This document shows positions 37,659 to 47,074 of a DNA stretch of 64,000 bases, piece by piece; within the stretch, counting starts at the first letter, position 1, and each line of letters begins with the position of its first letter. The notes beneath the pieces were generated by a model that was not told the DNA's origin, searched no databases, and saw only the letters and a list, made by a program, of their open reading frames with translations. The stretch covers positions 124,001-188,000 of IMG/VR virus record IMGVR_UViG_3300027969_000039. One strand, written 5' to 3'. The position numbers and the translations under genes were made by a program.

Positions 37659-38558
37659 TTAGAAATTGAATTCTACGCCTACACCGTATTGATTAATATC
37701 AGTAGCAGCATCTAGGTAACTCCAACGAGCATTGAATGTCAATGCTTTGTTCATCGCATAGCTTACACCCAAACCACGACCGGTCACGCTAGTGTTAGTC
37801 TGACCATATGTACCTTGAACTGCAAAACGATCACCGATTGCTTGGCTGATACCAACGCTAGAACCTGTGGTGCTTACATTAGATACCTTGTCATCGCTAT
37901 ACATTCCGAACACTGTAGTTCCAGTACTAACCAATTTGTATTTCACACCAACGATAGTGCTGAGACTGGTGCTGCTGTCATCATAACGAGCGACTGTAGC
38001 AGACATAGGTCCCAAAGTGTAGCTGATGCTACCAGTCTGAACATTAGTAGTTCCAGCAGTTTCGCTATTAGCCATCACATATTGTCCTGTGAAGCCAGCG
38101 ATACTTGCTGTGTTCACGAACAAACCATTTTGCAAACGACTGCCTTGTGCAGAGTGAATGGTAGCGGCAATAGTGCCATACGCATTGTCAAATGCGTCAT
38201 AGTTATCCAACACACGAACTACACTGTGCTTGTCACGACCCATGCCTAAAGAACCTAAATTATTGCTCAAGCTAAAGAGTGAAGTACGATCACCTAAAGT
38301 GGTAGCACTTGGTGCGTCCATTGCTACGCCAGTTTCGATGATAACGGCAGCGGTGATTCCATCACCAACATCACTAGAGGCTTTTACACCTAAGCGGCTT
38401 GAGTCATTGGTCAACCGAGTGAGGGCACTAGCGGTACCAGCTGTGTATGATTCTTGATACTCACGTACTTTGCCATAGACGCTGACTTGGGGAGCGGTTT
38501 GTGCTAGCACAAAACCTGAGGCCAATGCTAGGGCCAAGAGTAAAGCATATTTCTTCAT
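37659..38558 (-). CDS. Gram-negative general porin (betaproteobacterial type)
   Basis: Signal peptide, VSVYG, SRLG.K, G.L.MGR, alternating beta strands, C-terminal Phe. Confidence 0.85.
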   Translation of the reverse strand: MKKYALLLALALASGFVLAQTAPQVSVYGKVREYQESYTAGTASALTRLTNDSSRLGVKASSDVGDGITAAVIIETGVAMDAPSATTLGDRTSLFSLSNNLGSLGMGRDKHSVVRVLDNYDAFDNAYGTIAATIHSAQGSRLQNGLFVNTASIAGFTGQYVMANSETAGTTNVQTGSISYTLGPMSATVARYDDSSTSLSTIVGVKYKLVSTGTTVFGMYSDDKVSNVSTTGSSVGISQAIGDRFAVQGTYGQTNTSVTGRGLGVSYAMNKALTFNARWSYLDAATDINQYGVGVEFNF

Positions 38559-38690
38559 ATTATATTTCCTTTAGTTTATAATAACCCTTCTGGGGTTAGA
38601 ATAATATTTAGTCCGACAAATCCTGTCAAATAAATTATGTATTCAAGCAAAGAGTATACACTGATTACGCAATGTATTCTACTTAATATG

Positions 38691-38716
38691 GAAAAAGACA
38701 CCTAAGTGTCTTTTTT
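38691..38716. terminator. Bidirectional intrinsic terminator after pqqA
   Basis: aaaaagacac-ctaa-gtgtctttttt. Confidence 0.75.
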
Positions 38717-38730
38717 GGTTAATATGTGAA

Positions 38731-38805
38731 TTAACGATTAGCAATATACATGGTAATTTCAAAACCGAAACGCATATCGCTTGCTTGAGGGGTAGTCCAT
38801 TTCAT
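38731..38805 (-). CDS. pqqA: PQQ precursor peptide PqqA (MKWTTPQASDMRFGFEITMYIANR), not in ORF track
   Basis: 24 aa, W-x-x-P leader, GFE-x-x-x-Y core, ANR end; AGGAG RBS; own terminator. Confidence 0.93.
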   Translation of the reverse strand: MKWTTPQASDMRFGFEITMYIANR

Positions 38806-38911
38806 AATTGTTCTCCTATATCAAATTGACATTGTATATATCGTTTATATGTGTTGCCATAACCTAAATAACATAGTGAAAAGTATGAATCTTTATTAGT
38901 GTTACTACTAA

Positions 38912-38934
38912 TAAGAAACCCGCCGAAGCGGGTT
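38912..38934 (-). terminator. Terminator of the tmRNA gene
   Basis: aacccgc-UUCG-gcgggtt followed by U-rich tail. Confidence 0.8.
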
Positions 38935-38939
38935 CTGGT

Positions 38940-39232
38940 TGTTTCTTTTATACAGTAAGTCCTACTGCACCTTAGCTTAAGCAGCTAAAGAATATAACTC
39001 ATCGTTTGCAGTTATGAAATTTGCTTGATTAACGGTCATCGCCTACCGTGTTGCCGTCTCTACTATCTACCTCTGTCGAAACCAGGGCAGGCCCGTCAGA
39101 AGCATACTCCTACAGATCGAAACTGATAAAGATAAGTGCGTACACCTATCCGAGTGAGTATGCTTATGGTGGACCTGGCGGGAGTCGAACCCGCGTCCAG
39201 AAGTCCTTCGCTTTGAAGGGATTACAACAATA
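38940..39232 (-). ncRNA. ssrA: Circularly permuted (two-piece) tmRNA, tag (A)ANDELYSLAA
   Basis: Acceptor piece with T-arm and CAGGUCC-ACCA ends at 39167 and precedes the coding piece starting GGGCCUG at 39094; G3.U70 pair; tag ORF 38977-39009; ends approximate. Confidence 0.92.
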
Positions 39233-39243
39233 ACTTCTATTTA

Positions 39244-39387
39244 TCACCAAGTTTTCTTAGCGATCCAATGTTGGATTTCTTGCACCCGCCATGCTAGTCC
39301 CCAAGGCAGTGTGAAAAATATCTTCTCACCACTAGGAGTATACATGGTCCGACCATCACTGTCAACCCCCATCAATCCTATAAACAT
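39244..39387 (-). CDS. 47-aa hypothetical protein (likely start MFIGLMG)
   Basis: GAGGAG RBS. Confidence 0.55.
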   Translation of the reverse strand: MFIGLMGVDSDGRTMYTPSGEKIFFTLPWGLAWRVQEIQHWIAKKTW

Positions 39388-39524
39388 ACGTTCTCCTCTG
39401 ATAATTTGCCACAATGTGGACAATATAACTTCTTTGGTTTCCACGCTTCCATAGTAGCGATACTAAACCACCCTTTACACTCAGCACAAGTGAAATGATA
39501 GATGGTTTCTTTTTCTACATTCAT
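39378..39524 (-). CDS. 48-aa zinc-ribbon protein, not in ORF track
   Basis: MNVEKETIYHFTCAECKGWF...LYCPHCGK; start overlaps upstream stop. Confidence 0.7.
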   Translation of the reverse strand: MNVEKETIYHFTCAECKGWFSIATMEAWKPKKLYCPHCGKLSEENVCL

Positions 39525-39715
39525 CAAACAAAACTTAGATGTCCAGTAGCATATAACACTGCCATCACTGGCCCTGCAATATGTTCACCAATCTCATACA
39601 ATGCCCAGACAGTCAATGCGACCGCCCACCATGGATTAGTTTCGGCTTTGTGTCCTAACCACATGAAAAACTTTCCATGTAATTGTCCTATCTTGTTTGC
39701 GAATTTGACTATCAT
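39524..39715 (-). CDS. Small membrane protein
   Basis: Hydrophobic WWAVALTVWALYEI..H segment. Confidence 0.6.
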   Translation of the reverse strand: MIVKFANKIGQLHGKFFMWLGHKAETNPWWAVALTVWALYEIGEHIAGPVMAVLYATGHLSFV

Positions 39716-39722
39716 GTATTTA

Positions 39723-41930
39723 TTATACACTTTTAAATTCTAGTTTGTCAAATTTAATGGGTGTATAATGTTTTGGAGATGTAGTATGTGAATTAGGAAC
39801 AGCTACGTTATATCTTTCAGGATTTGCCCATGAACCAGTATCTTGCCATTTATGTTTAAATGAGAAATCAATTGTACTATTTAAATGTCTTTCTTCTGCA
39901 ATTAACTCCATGAATTCTTCGTGATTTCTGCCACCGTCTCCCCACTTTGGTTTAGCTAGTTTTCTAGCACGAATGGATGCATTAGATTGTTGTCTAGAAT
40001 AATCTTGTGCAAAAAACGGAGATTTTGCCGATAAAGGATCTACTGGATCGATAATAGTGACCGGTTGTTGATAGTAATAATCAAAATCTGCTTCCCAATT
40101 ACCTTCATCATCTATTGTAAAATTATGATTAGCCCAATAAGGGCCGGCATTTCTTTCACCAAATTCTATCATATCTAAATCTTGATCAAATTTAATTGTA
40201 GCAGTAAATCCTCCTCGTGTACGCCATAGTATTCTAAACAATGTAAATATTTCATTTACTAAACTATCAGCAAAGGGATTGATGTCAGGATGTATTATAT
40301 TGTAATCAAAGTTTTCATATTCAATTTCTTTTTGCATTGTAGGATCATCAAACACAATTTTATAATGATGCATTGGCAAATTACCACGCTGCGGGATTGA
40401 AACTGATTTTTCAGTTAACAAATGCTGCAAGAATACTGCAAATACTTTCATCCTAACCATGACATGAAATTTAGAAAGTTTGAAATCTTTAGTTATCCAT
40501 CCACCTGCATACTTGTGTGCTAGTAAATTAAACTTATCAGGATTTTGTCCAACAATAGTATCCATACCTAAACCAAATCCAAATCCAGCAGCAATATTAG
40601 CTATGTTGTTATTTCTATTACGCCATAAAAAAGTCATTGTATCTGCAAAATTTTGATATGATTCTGTTGGGAACCCTACTATCCAATTGGTAAAAGCATT
40701 TACTCCAGTTTTCTTCCCATCTATAAAGTTTTGTTCCATTTCAGCAATAGTAACACCTTTGTCAATATCATCTAGTACAGGCTGACTTCCAGACTCTATG
40801 CCATAGTTTAACATATGACAACCTGAATCAGCTAAATCTTGATAGAATGCTAAATCCATTCGTCCATCACATCTTGCATATCCAGTCCAATGAATTTTCA
40901 TACCTTTAGCAATGACTCCTTTGCAGAAGGCTCTAAGTTCATTTAGATTTCCATTTACCAAACTATCAATAAACCAAACTATGTCAGTTCCTTTTTCATA
41001 GTATAATGTTTCTATTTCTTTTAGAATATCAGTAGCCATGCGTTGACGATATTTCCAAAAATGTGTTTCTTCACAAAAGGTGCATTTTGCAGTACAACCT
41101 CTACTCAGTTCACTATTAACTCCATTTGGAAATTCATATTCATTGAAATCAAAATTAGAATAATCAGGCATAGGCAAGTCATTCAAATTTAATCTTTGTT
41201 CTTCAGGTTGTGCTAGCTTTTGAACCTTGTCGTGAATTATTCCGTTTTCAATTTCTTCTAAAATTTCTAAAAGAAGTAATTCACCTTCCCCATTGATAAC
41301 ATAATCAAACATATTATCATCTTCTCCACTCCAAGCATGTGGTTCTTGGCAAGGTCTAATATTAGGACCACCTACTAGTATTTTAATATTTGGCAATCTT
41401 TCTCTTAATTTTTTCACCATATACTTAACTGGTTCTGCATTTGTATAGTACATAGTAAATCCTATAACGTCAGGAGGATTTTTAACAATCTGTTCTATGT
41501 ATTTGTTTAATAAAATGCTCAGATGCGGATGTATATCACTATGGTAGTCTTTTGCTAACCATTTCCAATCTCTTGCGCCGTCCCACGGGTCGAAATCAAT
41601 AAGTCCATCATTTCGCCATTTGTGAGATAAGTTATATGCCTTTACATTCAAATCAATACAATTAGATTCATATCCAGCGCCTTTTGCAACCGCAGACAGT
41701 CTTGCAAGATTGAACGGTGGAAACATTGGTGCCCATTCTGGACAAAGTATTAATAATAACTTTGTTTTTCTATACGCATAGTTGATATCAATAGTAGTTA
41801 CATTTTTTTGAACTTTAGTTTTTGCATAAGGTGCAATAGCTTGCAACATAGCCAGATGCTTAATATCAGCGTCAGGCTCTAGTGGTCTTGATTCCACTAT
41901 CTTTTTTTTATATTGATATAATTCACTCAT
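39723..41930 (-). CDS. Cobalamin-binding radical SAM enzyme
   Basis: PPFNLARL, VGGP, GEGE, SRGCTAKCTFC, GIESGS, IVGFPTE. Confidence 0.9.
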   Translation of the reverse strand: MSELYQYKKKIVESRPLEPDADIKHLAMLQAIAPYAKTKVQKNVTTIDINYAYRKTKLLLILCPEWAPMFPPFNLARLSAVAKGAGYESNCIDLNVKAYNLSHKWRNDGLIDFDPWDGARDWKWLAKDYHSDIHPHLSILLNKYIEQIVKNPPDVIGFTMYYTNAEPVKYMVKKLRERLPNIKILVGGPNIRPCQEPHAWSGEDDNMFDYVINGEGELLLLEILEEIENGIIHDKVQKLAQPEEQRLNLNDLPMPDYSNFDFNEYEFPNGVNSELSRGCTAKCTFCEETHFWKYRQRMATDILKEIETLYYEKGTDIVWFIDSLVNGNLNELRAFCKGVIAKGMKIHWTGYARCDGRMDLAFYQDLADSGCHMLNYGIESGSQPVLDDIDKGVTIAEMEQNFIDGKKTGVNAFTNWIVGFPTESYQNFADTMTFLWRNRNNNIANIAAGFGFGLGMDTIVGQNPDKFNLLAHKYAGGWITKDFKLSKFHVMVRMKVFAVFLQHLLTEKSVSIPQRGNLPMHHYKIVFDDPTMQKEIEYENFDYNIIHPDINPFADSLVNEIFTLFRILWRTRGGFTATIKFDQDLDMIEFGERNAGPYWANHNFTIDDEGNWEADFDYYYQQPVTIIDPVDPLSAKSPFFAQDYSRQQSNASIRARKLAKPKWGDGGRNHEEFMELIAEERHLNSTIDFSFKHKWQDTGSWANPERYNVAVPNSHTTSPKHYTPIKFDKLEFKSV

Positions 41931-44900
41931 ATATATTTTTAAATTTTTCTTTTAACCAAACCCAATCATAGCTTAGTCGTAATTGTGTTAAGTCACCGTT
42001 GACTTGTTCATAATATTGTACAGCATGTTGGGCACCTTGTAAACTATATTCGGCAAAGTCACCAATTGCTGTTGTTAGCCATGTATTTAATCGTATTTCA
42101 TTTTCTTCCGTTTTGGATGCTTTTAACTTAATACATTCACGGAAAGCTGTACGCCATGCATCCCACTCACTACTGTTATACATACCAATACCACAATTAA
42201 CAGGAACAACTTCATGCTCACTATCCATTGTAAAGTCTAACCCAGTACCAAAGTTCTCTAATGTAAGTTTTTTGTTGTTAGCAACGATAGCTTGATGACC
42301 ATATACTAACCCGTTCACTGGATTGGTAGCATGAAATATATAGTGCTTAGGTATCTGTAATCTGTCCGGTTGCCAGTTAAAATCAAACTTTGCTGATACT
42401 TTTAATTTAGCGTTTACTAAAAAATACCATGGTGTATTGCTACTATTTGCCGCAGCGTGTTGACTTTTTACACGACCATTTATACCGTCTATTCTAGTAA
42501 TTTTGTTTGGTAATCCTTGTGTTATCTTTAATAGATGTTCGTAATTTCTATCAGCACTAGTTTCACCGTTACTAAAGAACACAATGTCCAATGGGTTAGA
42601 TTCTATAAGTTTATTATTCTTAATAATGTATGGATAATCGTATAACTCTTTCTTTACATACTGTTTAGCTTCTTTTGGAACTATAATTCTTGTTCCACCT
42701 GTACTAGTAATAGTAATATTTTTAGTTTCATTGCTCCATAGATTCATTGGTTCAACATCAACGGCATTGATGTTTTTATTATCTTCAGTCACAAACACAG
42801 CGTATGGAAAATTAAAATCAGTATTTACGCTAGAAGCATGTGTATCATTTTCTGTAATAATGATTGGAGCCGGCAATCGGTTTACTCTTTGATGTTGATT
42901 ATAGTTAATCTTCCCATACTCTTCCAAAGAGTTCATATTATCAATCAATGTTCTAAGTTTATTAACATCAATTAAAAATGTGTCACCAAACTTTTGCCTA
43001 TCGCTAGGAAATACATGTAAGTGTTCTTTAGCAAATGGGTCGCAAATATAAGTAAAATCAAAATCTTTATAATCACATACTGTACTAGCTACCCACACAT
43101 AATGTTCTTTTTTTACTGGGAGTTTATCTAGCATACTCTTAAAAGTATTCAAATAACTAGTTTCATACTTAATAATTAAGTTATTGATATTAGACAAGTC
43201 TTTATTGTCATGGTCGATATAAACTATATCATACAATACATTAGACGCTTTGGCTTTTATAGTTTTAACAAAATTCAAGTTAGAAAGATGTTCAATAATT
43301 TTTATATATTTGGTATCTTGCGGGAATGTTTCTTTATTAACTAAGTAAGTGGTACCCCAATGACTCCACTGAGTGCCGAACACATGCACCATCTTCATTT
43401 GCCATGGGTTAGGATAATATTCAAAATCAAAATCAGTGTAATCTAATTCACTATTGAGTATCCAACATAAATTACTGGTAGCACGATTGATGCAGCGATT
43501 TATTGTATCGACCCAACTGTTTAAATATCTTGTCTTTATTATATTTGGGAATCTAATCTTAAGTTTTTCAAATCTAGTTTGTGATTCAATATTACTTCTA
43601 TCAACAAAGAACATATCAATTTTATTTTTTATTTGTTCTTCTACCCAATTAAACTCAGTATTTCCTCTGAGCCACATTACAGAGTTTACTAAAAAAGTTT
43701 GTGTTTTTGTGTTTTCACTTGAACCAAACACTTGAATATACTGTGACTGCTCAATACTAGGTTTCCAATCAAAATTAAAATTAGTATAATCTATGTGAGG
43801 ATTTAATGCCCAAAATATTTCGTCAGGATGTTGTTTAATCAAATCTTCTAATGAAGTGGTCAACAAATATTTAGGATAAGATTTTTCAATTTCAATTGGC
43901 TTTTCTAAAACTATTCTTTCCATATACACTGATTCACCAGTGTTATCAGGGGTCAAATATCTAGGACCGTCATCCCTATCTAATATTGTACCAAATCTAT
44001 AAACAAACGGTGGGCTGGTATCATCGGGATGCCAGCTGAAATCAAAGTTACTAACATCTATACCATCAGATACTTTCCAATTAACCATTGTAGCTAATCG
44101 CACAGATTTTATATCATCTATATATTTTATTTCAGTTGCATCTTCAACTACATATCTTGGGCCATTTGTTTTTTGATGTTGTGTTCCAAATTGGTATATG
44201 TATGGTTTTTCATTAGTGTTGGGGTGCCAGCTAAAATCAAACTGACTAATATCAATAGTATTTGGAATGATCCAATTTGGTGATATTTCTGTGGTAACCA
44301 CTGTTGCCCTTAAGGTGTCTATATATTTAATTTCAGATGCGCCTTCAACTTCATATCTCAATCCACCTGTACTTTGATGCTGTGTTCCAAATTCATATAT
44401 TAATGGAGGGTCAGTATCATCAGGGTGCCATGAGTAATCAAAATTATCAATAGGAAGAAGTTCTTTCCAGTTTTTTTTATTAGGCAATCTTTTTGCTTTT
44501 TGAACGCTTACATATTTTATTTCAGTGGCATTTTCAACTATATATTTTGGTCCACCTGTCTTTTGATGTTGTGTACCAAATTGATATATGTATGGGGGTG
44601 CATCTGGGTGGGGAACCCATGTAAAATCAAAATTTTCTGTGTCTATGTCAGACGGTATGCTCCAGTTATTTTTATTTGCTTTGGTACATGCTTTGATATC
44701 TTCTACGTAACTAAATTGTGTAGCATCTTTAACTACATATTTTGGACCACCGCGGTTATTCCATATAGTAGCAAATTCGTAAATATATGGTGGACTAGTT
44801 GGATTAGGTCTCCAACTGAAATCAAACTTAGTAGCATCAATATTATCAGGTATTTCCCAATTAGTTTGATCAGGCAATAATTCAACTTCATCGAACATAT

Positions 44901-45984
44901 ATTTTCGTTTAGTTGCCCCTGGACAATAATAAGCTAATACAGGTTCAACCGCTGCTTCATTCCACTTGCTGCCCCATACATACACAAACGGAGGTTCGGT
45001 ATCATCTGGGTGCCATGAGTAATCAAAATTAGTTACTGGTAGTATTTCTTTCCAGTTTTCCCTATTAGGCAATCTTTTTGCTTTTTGAATATCTATATAT
45101 TTTATGTCTGTGGCATCTTTAACTATATACCTTGGCCCACCTGTCTTTTGCCATTGAGTACCAAATTCGTATATATATAGAGGACTAGTTGGATTAGGTC
45201 TCCAACTAAAATCAAATTCAGCAGTGTCAATGTTATCAGGTATTTCCCAATTAATTTTATTAGGCATCAAGTCTAATAAAGTATCAAGATATTTTCTGTT
45301 AGTTGCGTTAGGACAATAATAAGCTAATACAGGTTCAACCGCTGCTTCATTCCACTTGCTACCCCATACATACACAAACGGAGGTTCTCTCGGGTCAGGT
45401 CTCCATGACAAATCAAACTTAGACTTATCAATAGGTATTATTTCTTTAAAATTTTTGCTGGGTAATAATTCAACTACTTGATCCATATACTTACGATCAA
45501 TATCATGCGAATAAGGAGCATGATATTCTAGTACTGGTTGTAATTCTACCGGATTCCATTTATTACCCCATACATATACATATGGAGGGCTAGATGGATC
45601 TGGATGCCAACTGAAATCAAATTTAGTTTCATCAACTAAATCTAGCAATACCCAATTGTCGTTTTTTTCGTTTTTTCTTTTTAGTGGATCAACATCAGCA
45701 CGATATATAATTATTTCACTATATTGTTTAGGGCATAACCATGTGCCACTATCTTTTTGATGAAAGCTAGGCCATACATTGTTATGTTCTTCTGCCCAAA
45801 CATCCTCATCGGGCAAGAATTCAAAGTCAAAATCCCAATCAAAATTACGATAATCACAATGTTCGTTGATTATCCAAAAATGTTCCGTGGTACATTGATT
45901 TCTAGCATCTTCTATTGAAGTTGCAAATCTTTCTCTTGGGTGAATATTGGGTTTAGAGCCGTAATAAAAGACATCTCGTAGCAT
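41923..45984 (-). CDS. 1353-aa repeat protein with C-terminal glycosyltransferase-like domain
   Basis: About 10-12 FDFSW(H/R)P...PYIY.FG modules; C-terminus (RIDGING...H.AAA...AWRTAFREC.K) resembles 57610-58563. Confidence 0.7.
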   Translation of the reverse strand: MLRDVFYYGSKPNIHPRERFATSIEDARNQCTTEHFWIINEHCDYRNFDWDFDFEFLPDEDVWAEEHNNVWPSFHQKDSGTWLCPKQYSEIIIYRADVDPLKRKNEKNDNWVLLDLVDETKFDFSWHPDPSSPPYVYVWGNKWNPVELQPVLEYHAPYSHDIDRKYMDQVVELLPSKNFKEIIPIDKSKFDLSWRPDPREPPFVYVWGSKWNEAAVEPVLAYYCPNATNRKYLDTLLDLMPNKINWEIPDNIDTAEFDFSWRPNPTSPLYIYEFGTQWQKTGGPRYIVKDATDIKYIDIQKAKRLPNRENWKEILPVTNFDYSWHPDDTEPPFVYVWGSKWNEAAVEPVLAYYCPGATKRKYMFDEVELLPDQTNWEIPDNIDATKFDFSWRPNPTSPPYIYEFATIWNNRGGPKYVVKDATQFSYVEDIKACTKANKNNWSIPSDIDTENFDFTWVPHPDAPPYIYQFGTQHQKTGGPKYIVENATEIKYVSVQKAKRLPNKKNWKELLPIDNFDYSWHPDDTDPPLIYEFGTQHQSTGGLRYEVEGASEIKYIDTLRATVVTTEISPNWIIPNTIDISQFDFSWHPNTNEKPYIYQFGTQHQKTNGPRYVVEDATEIKYIDDIKSVRLATMVNWKVSDGIDVSNFDFSWHPDDTSPPFVYRFGTILDRDDGPRYLTPDNTGESVYMERIVLEKPIEIEKSYPKYLLTTSLEDLIKQHPDEIFWALNPHIDYTNFNFDWKPSIEQSQYIQVFGSSENTKTQTFLVNSVMWLRGNTEFNWVEEQIKNKIDMFFVDRSNIESQTRFEKLKIRFPNIIKTRYLNSWVDTINRCINRATSNLCWILNSELDYTDFDFEYYPNPWQMKMVHVFGTQWSHWGTTYLVNKETFPQDTKYIKIIEHLSNLNFVKTIKAKASNVLYDIVYIDHDNKDLSNINNLIIKYETSYLNTFKSMLDKLPVKKEHYVWVASTVCDYKDFDFTYICDPFAKEHLHVFPSDRQKFGDTFLIDVNKLRTLIDNMNSLEEYGKINYNQHQRVNRLPAPIIITENDTHASSVNTDFNFPYAVFVTEDNKNINAVDVEPMNLWSNETKNITITSTGGTRIIVPKEAKQYVKKELYDYPYIIKNNKLIESNPLDIVFFSNGETSADRNYEHLLKITQGLPNKITRIDGINGRVKSQHAAANSSNTPWYFLVNAKLKVSAKFDFNWQPDRLQIPKHYIFHATNPVNGLVYGHQAIVANNKKLTLENFGTGLDFTMDSEHEVVPVNCGIGMYNSSEWDAWRTAFRECIKLKASKTEENEIRLNTWLTTAIGDFAEYSLQGAQHAVQYYEQVNGDLTQLRLSYDWVWLKEKFKNIYE
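44788..45387. repeat. Near-identical internal DNA repeats at 390-bp (130-codon) offset
   Basis: 44921-44997 vs 45311-45387 differ at one base; about 44791-44862 matches about 45181-45252. Confidence 0.85.
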
Positions 45985-46006
45985 CTTATATTTAAACAGT
46001 TACTGT

Positions 46007-47074
46007 TTATGTGAAATATTTTTCAATGTTTTTAGTTGTGCTATAATCAGTTGACGAATGGAAATGCTGTTTGTTATGTTCTACAATTTCTTTTATATTA
46101 GTTTGCCATTCTATCCATTCTTCAGCTGGTTTAGAAATTAATCTTTGTATTTCTTTAAAGACTGCTATCAATCTTTCTTCATTATTTTCAATAGAATCAT
46201 ATGATTCATTAATGAATGGACTAAATGTTTTGTACCCTATTTTTCTCAGAACTTTTAATGTGTGGGGTCTACCTAACATAACAAAGGGATGCATACAACC
46301 TAAACATTTGAATGTTTTTTCAGTTATAAAAGTTGAATCAACTCCATAATTTGGTTCAGTATAAAACAATGTCTCAGTTATTATACTGAAATAACTATCA
46401 TCAAAATATTTTATGTCATCAGGTATAATATCAATTGGATTACTTCTATCTGTAGTGATATTAAGCCTTAAAGGAAATTTATTACGATTCTTTTTTATAT
46501 TAACATATTCATCAGATAATATATCCCAATTGAGTCCTGGCCCTTCAAATGAATAATATCCTTTGTCTATGTAGGAATACATCAATTCTAATAAATCTAG
46601 TCTATGCTTTCTAGGCATTTTATTAAAACATAGAAATACTTTTTCTTTTTCTTTTATATTATATTCAACTGGCAAAGAACTTAATATTGAATAATTTAAA
46701 CTAAACCAATGTGCGTTAACACATATTACTGAAATTTTGTTTTTCCAATTGTATTGTTTATATATTTTTTCATACACTTCTAGCCCATCTGATGCACCAC
46801 ATACATAAATTAAATCTTTAGAATCTATATTATTTTTTAGTAAACTAGCAATATCTTGAATTTTTTGAAGCATCTGCAATACTATTCCTTCACCTATCAG
46901 ATAAAATAAAAACTTAGTTTTTCCTTCTTTTTTTGCTTGTAGTATGTCTTTTACAATTATTTCATTGCTAGTAGTAGGAAATGCGGTATGTAAGTGCGAA
47001 TCAATAATATGTATATTATCTATATGATTTTGTAATTCTGGCCATATTTTTAGTAATAGCGTAGTAGGGGTCAT
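46007..47074 (-). CDS. Putative glycosyltransferase-like protein (ET...TEK family)
   Basis: FLCFN..PR.HR, YFSIITET...FITEKTFK...HPF...GYKTF...I.ESYD. Confidence 0.55.
   Translation of the reverse strand: MTPTTLLLKIWPELQNHIDNIHIIDSHLHTAFPTTSNEIIVKDILQAKKEGKTKFLFYLIGEGIVLQMLQKIQDIASLLKNNIDSKDLIYVCGASDGLEVYEKIYKQYNWKNKISVICVNAHWFSLNYSILSSLPVEYNIKEKEKVFLCFNKMPRKHRLDLLELMYSYIDKGYYSFEGPGLNWDILSDEYVNIKKNRNKFPLRLNITTDRSNPIDIIPDDIKYFDDSYFSIITETLFYTEPNYGVDSTFITEKTFKCLGCMHPFVMLGRPHTLKVLRKIGYKTFSPFINESYDSIENNEERLIAVFKEIQRLISKPAEEWIEWQTNIKEIVEHNKQHFHSSTDYSTTKNIEKYFT

Noticed and set aside
39167-39200. tRNA gene (T-arm and CCA)
   Set aside because: No upstream D or anticodon arm; the pairing 5' strand lies downstream and leads to a tag ORF, so this is a permuted tmRNA
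39048-39233. 61-aa plus-strand ORF in the track
   Set aside because: Antisense shadow of the tmRNA
44788-45387. Diversity-generating retroelement TR/VR pair
   Set aside because: Both copies are in-frame modules of one gene, nearly identical, and there is no reverse transcriptase in the window
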